A stretch of DNA of 64,000 bases from an uncultured Bacteroidales bacterium (GTDB lineage Bacteria > Bacteroidota > Bacteroidia > Bacteroidales > P3): NCBI GenBank assembly GCA_905233475.1, contig CAJOEN010000001.1, positions 62,413 through 126,412 on the forward strand. The letters run 5' to 3'. Every line of letters starts with the position of its first letter. Position 1 is the stretch's first letter. Below the pieces are notes generated by a model, which was given only the letters and a program-made list of their open reading frames with translations, made no database searches and was not told the DNA's origin. Below are positions 26,482 through 36,907 of this stretch, piece after piece. The position numbers and the translations under genes are program-made.

Positions 26482-28839
26482 TTATGCGATATTTGTATAA
26501 ATTAATGTTTCCAGTTCTTTCACTGCGTCGAGATACTGTTTGTTGCCGCCAAACATTTTGGCAATGTTGGCTGGAGAGCCCATCTTTCGAAATGGGTCGA
26601 GGCTTAGCACCTTGCGGTTTTCCAATTGACTGATACCTTCATTCATATATTTGTCGAGCAGGGCGTCGAGCACCTTCTGGGCCTTTGGTCCGTATTTACT
26701 GAAAATGTCACGTTTTTTCACATTCTCCGCACGTTCGCGACGTGTGAGGGGTTTCTTGCCGTAGGCGATATGGCAGATAAAATCAAAATCGTCAACATCG
26801 GCCATGCCTTGGTCTTCCTTCAAAGCCTGCAGGTCAATACCATTATCAAGCAGCAAATCCGTGATTTCGGCTTTCTTTTCGGCGGCATTCCATTGTTGTA
26901 TAAAATCGTCAAAGTTGGCGTATGTTTCGTTGATGTTCTTCTTGGTATAGTCGGTGATGCTTTCGGTGCGGAGCAGCTTTCCGTCGGAATCGTAAACCGA
27001 CACTACCCTTTTTATTATTTCCACCCTGCAACCGTTGCGGTCAACGATGGGTTTTGGTTCTGCCACAGATGTTGTTTCGGCTGGGTCGGTGGGATAAGGT
27101 TTGGGGCTATTGTTGTCGTGTTCGTTTTCTTTACCATAACCGTCATCCACCTCGATAGGTCCATCCCAATCGGGATCGGCAAACAGGCGAGTGATGTTGC
27201 GGAAATCCATAATGAAGAAGTGTGTCTTCCCTTCTTTTTCACGGATACGCGTACCTCGGCCTATAATCTGCTTGAACTCCGTCATGGAGTTGATGTTTTG
27301 GTCGAGCACTATGAGCTTCACCATTTTGCAGTCCACACCAGTGGAGAGCAGTTTGCTTGTTGTGGCGATGACAGGATATTCTGATGAAACGGAGATGAAA
27401 TAGTCAAGTTTGCTTTTCCCATATTCGTCGGTACCAGTGATGCGCACAACGTAATCGGGATTTTTCTTGCACATATCCGAGTTTTCGTTGACCAATGCCA
27501 CTCTCATTCTTTCAGCATGGTCTTCGTTGGCGCAGAAAACAATGGTTTTGTTCATTCTGCCCGTTTGTTTCAGATAGGCAGTTATTTCGTGTGCTACCTC
27601 ACGTATGCGGTCTTCAATGATTATATTGTAGTCGTAGTCGGTATTGTTATAAATGCGGTCTTCGATAAGATTTCCAAAGATGTCGCGCTGTCCTTTGGTA
27701 GGTCGCCATTCATCGCCGATGTTGGTTTTGATGTTTATTACCTTATATGGTGCCAAAAAACCATCGTCGATACCCTGTTTCAAACTATATGAATATAGGG
27801 GTTCGCCAAAATAGGTGATATTAGACTGGTAGCGTGTTTCCTTAGGAGTTGCAGTCATACCAAGTTGGATAGCTCCTTCGAAATATTCGAGTATTTCACG
27901 CCAGTTGCTGTCGTCCTTTGCACTGCCACGATGGCACTCATCAACAATCACCATATCGAAGAATTCCGGTTTGAAAAGCTCCTTGTAATTCTGCTTACCA
28001 CCTTCGCCGATAAGTTGCTGGTAAAGAGAGAAATATATTTCGTGGGCGGTAGTTTTGGAATCTTTGTCATGCTGGTAGTTGACCTTATGGATAACATTGG
28101 CGAGAGGTTTGAAATCCTGCTCAATAGATTGATCGACCAACACATTTCTATCAGCAAGGTAGAGTACCTTTTTAATTATATCGGCCTTTAGCAGACGATA
28201 CACGATTTGAAAAGCTGTATATGTCTTTCCCGTGCCAGTAGCCATTACGAGCAGCATGCGCTTCTGACCACGAGCTACCGCATCCACAGTTCGGTTGACG
28301 GCATTGCGCTGGTAATAACGCGGCGGAAAGATGTCTTGTCCGGAGCAAAAAGGTTGATTTATCACCTTCAATTCATCGTCGGTAAAGCCTTTGCCTTCGT
28401 TGCTTTCTGCAAGAAAACGTGCATATAATTCTTTTTTTGTAGGAAACTGATCCATGGCAAAAGATCGTTCTTTACCCGTGAGAAAGTCGTATTCCTGAAA
28501 ACCAAATCCGTTGGAACTAAAAGCAAAAGGTATGTCCATCATCGAGGCATACTCCTTGGCCTGTTGCATACCATAACTAACCGAATGATTGGCATCCTTG
28601 GCTTCCACAATGGCAATGGGCGTAGCTGGATTGTAATACAACATATAGTCGGCAAATTTCGGCTTTTCACGAACCACAAAATTGCCTTTGATATTTACTT
28701 TGCCGTCGGTAAGTTTTATTTTTGTCTCCATCGTGATATCCGTCACCAACCACCCCTTATTCTGAATAGCAGGGGTGATGTATCGCAGTTTTATGTCTTC
28801 TTCCGACAACTGTTTGTTTTGTAAAGTGATTTTTGTCAT
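26482..28839 (-). CDS. hsdR: Type I restriction enzyme endonuclease/helicase subunit HsdR (short, EcoEI-like form)
   Basis: 785 aa with an N-terminal HSDR_N block (EEDIKLRYITPAI), Walker A MATGTGKT, DEAH box VDECHRGS and helicase C motifs (TEFKQIIGRGTR). Confidence 0.9.
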   Translation of the reverse strand: MTKITLQNKQLSEEDIKLRYITPAIQNKGWLVTDITMETKIKLTDGKVNIKGNFVVREKPKFADYMLYYNPATPIAIVEAKDANHSVSYGMQQAKEYASMMDIPFAFSSNGFGFQEYDFLTGKERSFAMDQFPTKKELYARFLAESNEGKGFTDDELKVINQPFCSGQDIFPPRYYQRNAVNRTVDAVARGQKRMLLVMATGTGKTYTAFQIVYRLLKADIIKKVLYLADRNVLVDQSIEQDFKPLANVIHKVNYQHDKDSKTTAHEIYFSLYQQLIGEGGKQNYKELFKPEFFDMVIVDECHRGSAKDDSNWREILEYFEGAIQLGMTATPKETRYQSNITYFGEPLYSYSLKQGIDDGFLAPYKVINIKTNIGDEWRPTKGQRDIFGNLIEDRIYNNTDYDYNIIIEDRIREVAHEITAYLKQTGRMNKTIVFCANEDHAERMRVALVNENSDMCKKNPDYVVRITGTDEYGKSKLDYFISVSSEYPVIATTSKLLSTGVDCKMVKLIVLDQNINSMTEFKQIIGRGTRIREKEGKTHFFIMDFRNITRLFADPDWDGPIEVDDGYGKENEHDNNSPKPYPTDPAETTSVAEPKPIVDRNGCRVEIIKRVVSVYDSDGKLLRTESITDYTKKNINETYANFDDFIQQWNAAEKKAEITDLLLDNGIDLQALKEDQGMADVDDFDFICHIAYGKKPLTRRERAENVKKRDIFSKYGPKAQKVLDALLDKYMNEGISQLENRKVLSLDPFRKMGSPANIAKMFGGNKQYLDAVKELETLIYTNIA

Positions 28840-28898
28840 ATATATATAACGAAAGCCAGTTATAATATATACTGTTGATGATTTGAGTTTTTCATCTG

Positions 28899-28906
28899 CA
28901 AAAATA
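28899..28906 (-). promoter_or_regulatory. -7 promoter box (TAttTTTG on minus strand) for the hsd operon
   Basis: Reverse complement of caaaaata, 60 nt upstream of the hsdR ATG; the only such box I see for the five-gene block. Confidence 0.45.
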
Positions 28907-29037
28907 CGAACTTTTATGGAATTTTCAAAGTTTTTTTGGAAAAAATCTTTTACTCAACTTTTTACATAACTTATCACTTTTTCACAAAAAAATCGATTCC
29001 GAATTCATAATTCCGAAATCCGAATTAAAAAAAATCG

Positions 29038-29045
29038 TATCTTTG
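29038..29045 (+). promoter_or_regulatory. -7 promoter box (TAtcTTTG)
   Basis: TAnnTTTG match 26 nt upstream of the ettA ATG. Confidence 0.5.
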
Positions 29046-29070
29046 CACTTTCAACAAAAACCAAAATCTC

Positions 29071-30749
<1,679 letters not shown>

Positions 30750-30750
<1 letters not shown>

Positions 30751-31406
30751 TGAAACGGCTTGCACTGATTTTTGCCGCTTTATTGCTGAGTATAAACACA
30801 TTGTCAGCACAAAGCCTCGACTATGTAAAAATCAAGGCTTTCGTGGATATGAATATCGACGCTTTTCCAAAAAGCACTTTGCAGGACATATACAAAAGTT
30901 TTTATCAGGCGGTGTACGGACCGGAACACCTTGTTACCGATTCCGCCAAGGTCATAGCCTATATCGAAGAAGAACTGAAACAGGATTTCGACAACAAATT
31001 CCCCACGGTGCAGTATCTGGGCATTTCGGACAAATTTGTCAGGGTAAACCTCGACATAATAGGGGCCGAAGAAACACGCATTTCCACAGAAATGCTTGCC
31101 GACTGTTTTATGCGGTCGTCGCAAACAAAGGGCGACATGCCTATCGAGGAATTTCGCTCGCAGTGGAGGCTGGTGGTGGATTATATCATAAGCAGCGACA
31201 TACAGCTCGACAATTTCAGTCAGGACTCGCTTTATATCGAAAGCATCCTTGCCCAAGGCCAATACGTGTGGGTGCACTCGCCGCAGTACAAGGCCGAGTA
31301 CAAGCCGCACTACCGCGTTGTTACAAAAGAAATTTTCGAACAAGTGATATTTCCAGAGCTCCGTGCCTTTTCAAGAGTAAGGCCCCGTCCGGCGAACGCC
31401 TTTTAG
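30750..31406 (+). CDS. Secreted protein of unknown function
   Basis: 218 aa starting MKRLALIFAALLLSINTLSAQS. The ATG overlaps the ettA stop (TAATG). The longer ORF in the track (from 30165) is an out-of-frame overlap with ettA. Confidence 0.6.
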
Positions 31407-31990
31407 ATTTCAAGCATTACGTTACTGTTTTTGGCGAGTCGGCGCAGGTTGATTATGGCGTAGCGCATGCGGCCGAGGGCGGTGTTGATGCTCACTCCTG
31501 TTTTTTCGGCAATGTCCTTGAACTCATATTTACCGTAATGGCGCAGTATCACCACGCGACGCTGCTCGTCGGGGAGTTTCTTTATCAGTTTGCGTATGTC
31601 CTGACGGGTCTGCTTTTTGATTACCACTTTTTCCACATTGTCGTCGAGCACGCGCAGGTTTTCGAGTAGGAAATCGTTTTTGTTCACCGTGGGGAGCTTG
31701 CTTACCCTGCGGAAATGATCCACAATAAGGTTGTGGGCTATGCGCATAACCCAGTGTATGAACTTGTTTTCGTCCTTGTACATGCCAGAGTTGATGGTCT
31801 GCACAACTTTAAGAAAAGTGTCCTGAAATATGTCGTCGGCCACGTTTTTGTCCTTAACAACGGAAAAAATATAGCCGTAAACTTTTGCCTGATGGCGAGA
31901 CAGAAGAATCTCGAAATCTGCATAATTACCATTTCTGTAGCCGTCTATCAGCTCGTTGTCGCTGACGTATGCTTTGGTTGCCACGTTCAT
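31403..31990 (-). CDS. RNA polymerase sigma-70 family factor (ECF-like)
   Basis: 195 aa with region 2 (DIFQDTFLKV...HWVMRIAHNLIVDHFRR) and region 4 HTH (LPDEQRRVVILRHYGKYEFKDIAEKTGVSINTALGRM). No anti-sigma gene is adjacent. Confidence 0.8.
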   Translation of the reverse strand: MNVATKAYVSDNELIDGYRNGNYADFEILLSRHQAKVYGYIFSVVKDKNVADDIFQDTFLKVVQTINSGMYKDENKFIHWVMRIAHNLIVDHFRRVSKLPTVNKNDFLLENLRVLDDNVEKVVIKKQTRQDIRKLIKKLPDEQRRVVILRHYGKYEFKDIAEKTGVSINTALGRMRYAIINLRRLAKNSNVMLEI

Positions 31991-32286
31991 AATAACCTCC
32001 TTTATTTTTGGGTTTTTATTTATGTTTTCTTTTACAAAAATAGTAGTTATGTTTCGATAATTATGCGTTTTTAGTTAATACTTGTTTTAAATATATTTCG
32101 AACTGCAAAAATACATTATTTTTTCGATTCCACAAAATAAATTTCTCGTTTTTCCGTAGTATATTTTTATATATCTAATTTCCAAGGTGTTAATATTTTT
32201 CTTTTTTTATTCCTTATTATTTCTGCTTTCCGAAAGTACTATTTTGTACCATTTTTTTGTGAAAACTTATCGCATGGGAGTGTTTT

Positions 32287-33612
32287 TTATAAAAATGGCG
32301 TGAAATATACCGGCAGACATTTGGTTTGTCCATCTGTCTGATAATCTTTGGTGTATATCAAATATCTGTCATTGATGCGTGACGAGTATTTCTGACAAAA
32401 GGCATCCAACGACTTGTGCGTTTTATAGCCCGAGGATTTCACTTCGATAGGACAAAGCTTGTTGCCACGCGACAACAAAAAATCCACCTCGTAATTGTGG
32501 TTGCTCTCAGTTGGGAATGTATGATAGAACAATTCATTACCCGTACTTTTCAGCATCTGTGCAACCAAATTTTCGTAGATGTATCCCAAATTGGCTTCAA
32601 GCTTGTCGCTCAACAACTTGCTATAGATTGTGTTTTCGGTAAATGCTTTGTCGCGAAAAGCAAGGGTGATAAAAAGGCCTGTGTCGGCGACAAACATTTT
32701 GTAACGGTAAATGTTTTGCGACAGAGGCATACCCACATTCGGGTCATTGATATGGTAGGCCAATAGTATTGTCATACTGTCAGCCATATCTGCAACCACG
32801 CTTGCTACACGTTGCGCATCTTGATTTTCCAAAACACTTGAGATCTGGTATCTGCCAGAATTGTTTGTAAGTTGCGAAGGTATGGCGGCAAACAATTGTG
32901 AAGCTCTGCCTGTATTGTCAATTTTGTTGAAGTCGTCTTGATACAGCTCTATTATTTCTCTTTTAATGTCGTCAACTGCCTGCAAATTATTTGTTTGCAG
33001 ATATGCGTCGATAGATTGCGGCATACCGCCGACAAGCATATACAAACGTAAGTCACGCATTATTTTGCGATGCGAGCTCCCCAATGGCTGTCGTAATTCC
33101 CGGAACTTATGCAGCGTATCGAATGTGGTGGTGTTGCCCAAAGCCCAATAAAACTCCTCGAAGTCCATTGGATATAATGTAAGACGGGTTTCTTCGGATG
33201 GGATAACAATATCTTTCACATTCTTTTTAATGCTTAATAGCGAACCTGTTTCGATATAGTCGTATCGTCCGTCTTTCACCAAGTATTTAATGGCTTGTCG
33301 CGCAATAGGTTTGAGTTGTATTTCATCGAATATTATGACGGATTCTCGCTTATATAGTTTTACCCCGGTTTCTACCTCAAGACGCATAAAAAATAAGTCC
33401 AAGTCGCTAATATCATCAAAAAGTTCGTTTACCTTTTTGGAAACATTTGCAAAATCGATTAGGATATATGATTTGTATTCGTTTTTCGCAAATTGAAGAG
33501 CCAAAGTGGACTTGCCCACTCTCCTTGCCCCTTTTATCAGCAAAGCCGTAGTGCCTTTGCGCTCTCTTTTCCATTTGAGCATCTGCTCATATAATTTCCT
33601 CTTGAAAACCAT
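32287..33612 (-). CDS. AAA ATPase with DUF4143 / PD-(D/E)xK-like C-terminal domain (second, divergent paralogue)
   Basis: 441 aa with P-loop GARRVGKST, Walker B IIFDEIQ and C-terminal YEVDFLLSRGNKLCPIEVKSS (D...ExK). Confidence 0.8.
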   Translation of the reverse strand: MVFKRKLYEQMLKWKRERKGTTALLIKGARRVGKSTLALQFAKNEYKSYILIDFANVSKKVNELFDDISDLDLFFMRLEVETGVKLYKRESVIIFDEIQLKPIARQAIKYLVKDGRYDYIETGSLLSIKKNVKDIVIPSEETRLTLYPMDFEEFYWALGNTTTFDTLHKFRELRQPLGSSHRKIMRDLRLYMLVGGMPQSIDAYLQTNNLQAVDDIKREIIELYQDDFNKIDNTGRASQLFAAIPSQLTNNSGRYQISSVLENQDAQRVASVVADMADSMTILLAYHINDPNVGMPLSQNIYRYKMFVADTGLFITLAFRDKAFTENTIYSKLLSDKLEANLGYIYENLVAQMLKSTGNELFYHTFPTESNHNYEVDFLLSRGNKLCPIEVKSSGYKTHKSLDAFCQKYSSRINDRYLIYTKDYQTDGQTKCLPVYFTPFL

Positions 33613-33636
33613 ATTGATAAACGATTATTTTTTTTG

Positions 33637-33644
33637 CAAAGATA
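33637..33644 (-). promoter_or_regulatory. -7 promoter box (TAtcTTTG on minus strand)
   Basis: Reverse complement of caaagata, 25 nt upstream of the ATG at 33612. Confidence 0.45.
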
Positions 33645-33656
33645 GCACTTTTTTTT

Positions 33657-33768
33657 GTATCCGCAAAATTTATTTCCACAAAAATGCGTAAATCCGCAAA
33701 AAGTTTTTTCGCAAAAATGCGTAAATCCGCAAAATTTATTTATATAAAAATGCGTAAATCCGCAAAAT
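33657..33768. repeat. Spaced direct repeats: 3 full copies plus 1 partial copy of aaaaatgcgtaaatccgcaaaa, period about 32-37 bp
   Basis: Read directly. Full copies start near 33680, 33713 and 33746; a degenerate copy gtatccgcaaaa is at 33657-33668. Confidence 0.85.
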
Positions 33769-33815
33769 GTAACAGTTCAACATATCATCAATTCAACAAT
33801 TAAACAAAAAAAACG

Positions 33816-33823
33816 TACCTTTG
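33816..33823 (+). promoter_or_regulatory. -7 promoter box (TAccTTTG)
   Basis: TAnnTTTG match 26 nt upstream of the ATG at 33849. Confidence 0.4.
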
Positions 33824-33848
33824 CAAAACCAATAAAGTGTTTCAAAAG

Positions 33849-34361
33849 ATGAAGAGATTGTTACTGCTTTTCGCGTTGTGGGCAAGTGTCTGCTGTTTTT
33901 CGCAAACGGTTGACCTCGAATGACAATGAGCGTTTCACATGGGTAGAAAACGACATTAACGGATGTCTTGTCTATTTTATCGACACTGTGGCAAACGAAT
34001 ATTATATGTGCAAGGTGAAAGACAGCTCATCTCGGTTCCGCTGCTACTTCTTGGCAAAAATTGTATTATAGTATTCAAATACAAGCGAAAATATTACTCT
34101 TCTTCGGAAAAATGCATTGACTCGATGATTGTTTATAATAATAAAGGGTGGATTTTTAGGATATTTGATAACCAAGAATTATCCGACAGGTTTTATTTTT
34201 GCATTCACAGAAAAGGAACTGTGTGGGAATTTGGATCTATATCTATAGATTATAGCGGTTACTTTGGCAGATATAAAAAACTTCCCAAGTATTTCCGCTA
34301 CGGCCGCAAATTAGTGAAAAAATCAAAACGGCACGGACGTTTGCTGCAAAATGGTAATTAA
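33849..34361 (+). pseudogene. Frameshifted gene for a small secreted protein (three consecutive frames)
   Basis: A signal peptide ORF (MKRLLLLFALWASVCCFSQTVDLE*, 33849-33923) continues plausibly in the frame of 33886-34071 and then in the frame of 33963-34361. A promoter box lies in front of the first ATG only. Confidence 0.35.
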
Positions 34362-34418
34362 AAAATCGGCTACACGCTGTATGTAGCTAATGGGATGTAC
34401 CTATGAAAATGATAAAAG

Positions 34419-34814
34419 CTACAACAGAGATTTTGTTGTGTCCATAAAAACACGTGCGGCAAGCATTACACCATCCAAATCTTCTTTGCAAAAATCAAAC
34501 ATATCGCCATAGTCGCTTTTTGTACGCCAGTTTAGCAATTTGGAGTAAACTCTGAAAGTGTCTGCCGACATCTGGCCTGTGCGCACAACACTCTCCGAAA
34601 ATTTGGCGAGAACGCCCGTATGCGACTTGGCCCCGTAGCCTCGGTCCAACAACAATGCCGAAGCGACATAAAAACAAGCATAATACAGTCTGTTCACAGC
34701 CGAATTCCACTGTTCCGCTTCGTACAATATCTCAGAGGCACGATACACCTCCTCGGCCTTTTCAAAACGGTAGTTTACGAATTCTCTTACATCCGGTTGT
34801 TCCATCGTCTTCAA
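34419..34814 (-). CDS. HEPN-domain toxin of a HEPN/MNT (type VII-like) toxin-antitoxin pair
   Basis: 131 aa, all-helical, HEPN-type motif region NWRTKSDYGD. The start overlaps the stop of the upstream nucleotidyltransferase gene (ATGA at 34811-34814). Confidence 0.75.
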   Translation of the reverse strand: MKTMEQPDVREFVNYRFEKAEEVYRASEILYEAEQWNSAVNRLYYACFYVASALLLDRGYGAKSHTGVLAKFSESVVRTGQMSADTFRVYSKLLNWRTKSDYGDMFDFCKEDLDGVMLAARVFMDTTKSLL

Positions 34815-35125
34815 ATTTTAATCGCTTCGCGGATTACATTTTGGTAAAATGGCGTTATGCTGTGCCGGCCATGCCAGTCTGTTTTGCCGTATGCAAAAAG
34901 ATGTATTACCTGACCGCTCTCTATAATCAGGTCGGTCATGTGGTCGATAAAAAGGCTCTCCTCTGTTACGGAAAGTGAATTTCTGGGAGACAAAACCAGA
35001 ATATCCCAATCGGACTCCTCGTTAGCGGTGCCTCGAGCCCTTGAGCCGTAAAGCCACACTTCGGCATAAGGGTCAACCTCATGCACATTGGCTTTAATCC
35101 GTTCTTTCATGTCCAATTCTGTCAT
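34811..35125 (-). CDS. Minimal nucleotidyltransferase (MNT) antitoxin
   Basis: 104 aa with the pol-beta NTase signature GSRARGTANEESDWDILV. Confidence 0.85.
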   Translation of the reverse strand: MTELDMKERIKANVHEVDPYAEVWLYGSRARGTANEESDWDILVLSPRNSLSVTEESLFIDHMTDLIIESGQVIHLFAYGKTDWHGRHSITPFYQNVIREAIKI

Positions 35126-35149
35126 AATTCATCCCATTTTTTCGTTTTG

Positions 35150-35157
35150 CAAAAATA
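35150..35157 (-). promoter_or_regulatory. -7 promoter box (TAttTTTG on minus strand)
   Basis: Reverse complement of caaaaata, 25 nt upstream of the MNT ATG. Confidence 0.45.
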
Positions 35158-35208
35158 TGTTTTTTCCCTGAAATAACAAAATAATATCTCATAATGCGAA
35201 AATTTCCG

Positions 35209-35216
35209 TACCTTTG
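35209..35216 (+). promoter_or_regulatory. -7 promoter box (TAccTTTG)
   Basis: TAnnTTTG match 66 nt upstream of the ATG at 35282. Confidence 0.4.
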
Positions 35217-35281
35217 AAACGTAAAAACAAGCGGCATTTTTTAGAACAAAATTCTATTAATACGCTCGTACACAGTTTTTT

Positions 35282-36907
35282 ATGACAACACAAGAAACAC
35301 TACGGACTCTGCTATTTTTGTGCGTGGCAACGCTTGTGGCTGCCTGCGCCCGCACCGGCTACCCCTCGGGCGGCGAGACAGACCGCACCCCGCCGGAAAT
35401 CACAAAAGTGTCGCCCGAAAACCGTACCACCAACTTCAACGGCAAGGGCTTCACGCTGGAAACCGACGAGTATGTGGTGCTGAAAGACGTCAATAATCAG
35501 GTGATTATCTCCCCGCCTATGAAGCAGTTCCCGCAAATCACCTCCACGGGAAAGAAGATAAAAGTCGTTATCAAGGACACCCTGCAGGAGAACACCACCT
35601 ACCTTTTCCAGTTCCGCGACGCCATTGCCGACAACAACGAGGGCAACCTGCTCAGCGATTTCAGCTATGTCTTCTCCACCGGTGCCAGCCTCGACAGCCT
35701 TTCGTTTTGCGGTAACGTAAATGACGCCCTCACCGGCGAGCCCGACAAAAAAATCTTTGTATTTCTTTACAACACTTTCGACGACTCGGTTGTAACATCG
35801 CACCCTGCATACGCCACAAAAACAGACGACAAAGGTTGTTTCCGCTTCCAGTACCTCGCCGACAAAAAATACAAAATCATAGCCCTCGACGATTTGGACA
35901 AGAGCTACACATACAACTCCGTTGCCGAGAAAATCGGATTCTCGTCCGACACCATCACGCCCTATTATCTCGCCGACAGCGTAAAGCCCGACTATTCGCA
36001 GTATGCCCTCAAGACCTTTGTGCAGGAATCGGCGGTGCAGCGTGTGGCCAAAAGCGATTTCGTTTCCAAGGGCAAGGTGCAGATTTCCACGGTGCTGCCC
36101 ATGCAGAACCCCACCGTCGATGCCGACAGCGTGAAGATTTTTTGGTTACTCAACGCCACACGCGACACTATTAACCTTTGGCTCATAGACAAGGAACTCG
36201 ACTCGCTGAAACTCATCCTACGCGACAGCTCCGGCATAGACGACACTCTAAAAATGCGCCGTTTCAACCGTCGCGGACCGGTAGTGGGCGGTAATGCCTT
36301 TATGAAAGCCAACTTTGCAAACACTCTGCCGTATTTCGACACTTTCTGCCTAACCTTTACAAATCCTATAGAAAAAATCACCGACGCCGCCACCGCCGTG
36401 TATTACAAAACCGCTACCGATAGTGCTTTTGCCACCATCGTATTCGATACCATTTCCCGTAGAAAGGCTACTCTACTAATACCAGTGATACAGGACGAAA
36501 AATACGACATCACCGTGTTTGGAGGCCATTTTCACGACATTTTCGGCACCAGCAACGATACCACAAAAATCAAAACTGAGGTTACCACAGCGGAGAAATA
36601 CGGCAACATCATCCTAAATTTCGAAGCCCCCGACAACAGCGAACATTATGTTCTTCAGCTGCTTTCGACTTCCGGCAAGGTTGTGGACGAGCAGACCTTT
36701 GCAGGCTCGCAGAAAGTGCTTTTCAAACATCTTAGCGCCGGCACATACAAAGTCCGCGCCATCAAGGACGACAACGCCAACAGCAAATGGGACAGCGGCA
36801 ACTACTGGGAAAAACGTCAGGCAGAGGAGTCGCGATATTTCGAAAAGGAGATAAAAGTGCGCGAGAACTGGAATTTCGAAGAAACTTTCAAATGGCAGAA
36901 ACAATGA
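35282..36907 (+). CDS. Lipoprotein with an N-terminal Ig-like (SbsA_Ig/Big_5-type) domain; function unknown
   Basis: 541 aa with lipobox LVAAC; DRTPPEITKVSPENRTTNF... is typical of Ig-like surface domains. Confidence 0.55.
   Translation: MTTQETLRTLLFLCVATLVAACARTGYPSGGETDRTPPEITKVSPENRTTNFNGKGFTLETDEYVVLKDVNNQVIISPPMKQFPQITSTGKKIKVVIKDTLQENTTYLFQFRDAIADNNEGNLLSDFSYVFSTGASLDSLSFCGNVNDALTGEPDKKIFVFLYNTFDDSVVTSHPAYATKTDDKGCFRFQYLADKKYKIIALDDLDKSYTYNSVAEKIGFSSDTITPYYLADSVKPDYSQYALKTFVQESAVQRVAKSDFVSKGKVQISTVLPMQNPTVDADSVKIFWLLNATRDTINLWLIDKELDSLKLILRDSSGIDDTLKMRRFNRRGPVVGGNAFMKANFANTLPYFDTFCLTFTNPIEKITDAATAVYYKTATDSAFATIVFDTISRRKATLLIPVIQDEKYDITVFGGHFHDIFGTSNDTTKIKTEVTTAEKYGNIILNFEAPDNSEHYVLQLLSTSGKVVDEQTFAGSQKVLFKHLSAGTYKVRAIKDDNANSKWDSGNYWEKRQAEESRYFEKEIKVRENWNFEETFKWQKQ

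Noticed and set aside
28981-29030. Reiterated ttccgaa/atccgaa motifs between the divergent hsdR and ettA promoters
   Set aside because: There are three short (7-8 nt) imperfect copies in an AT-rich spacer. That is too little to separate from chance without comparative data.
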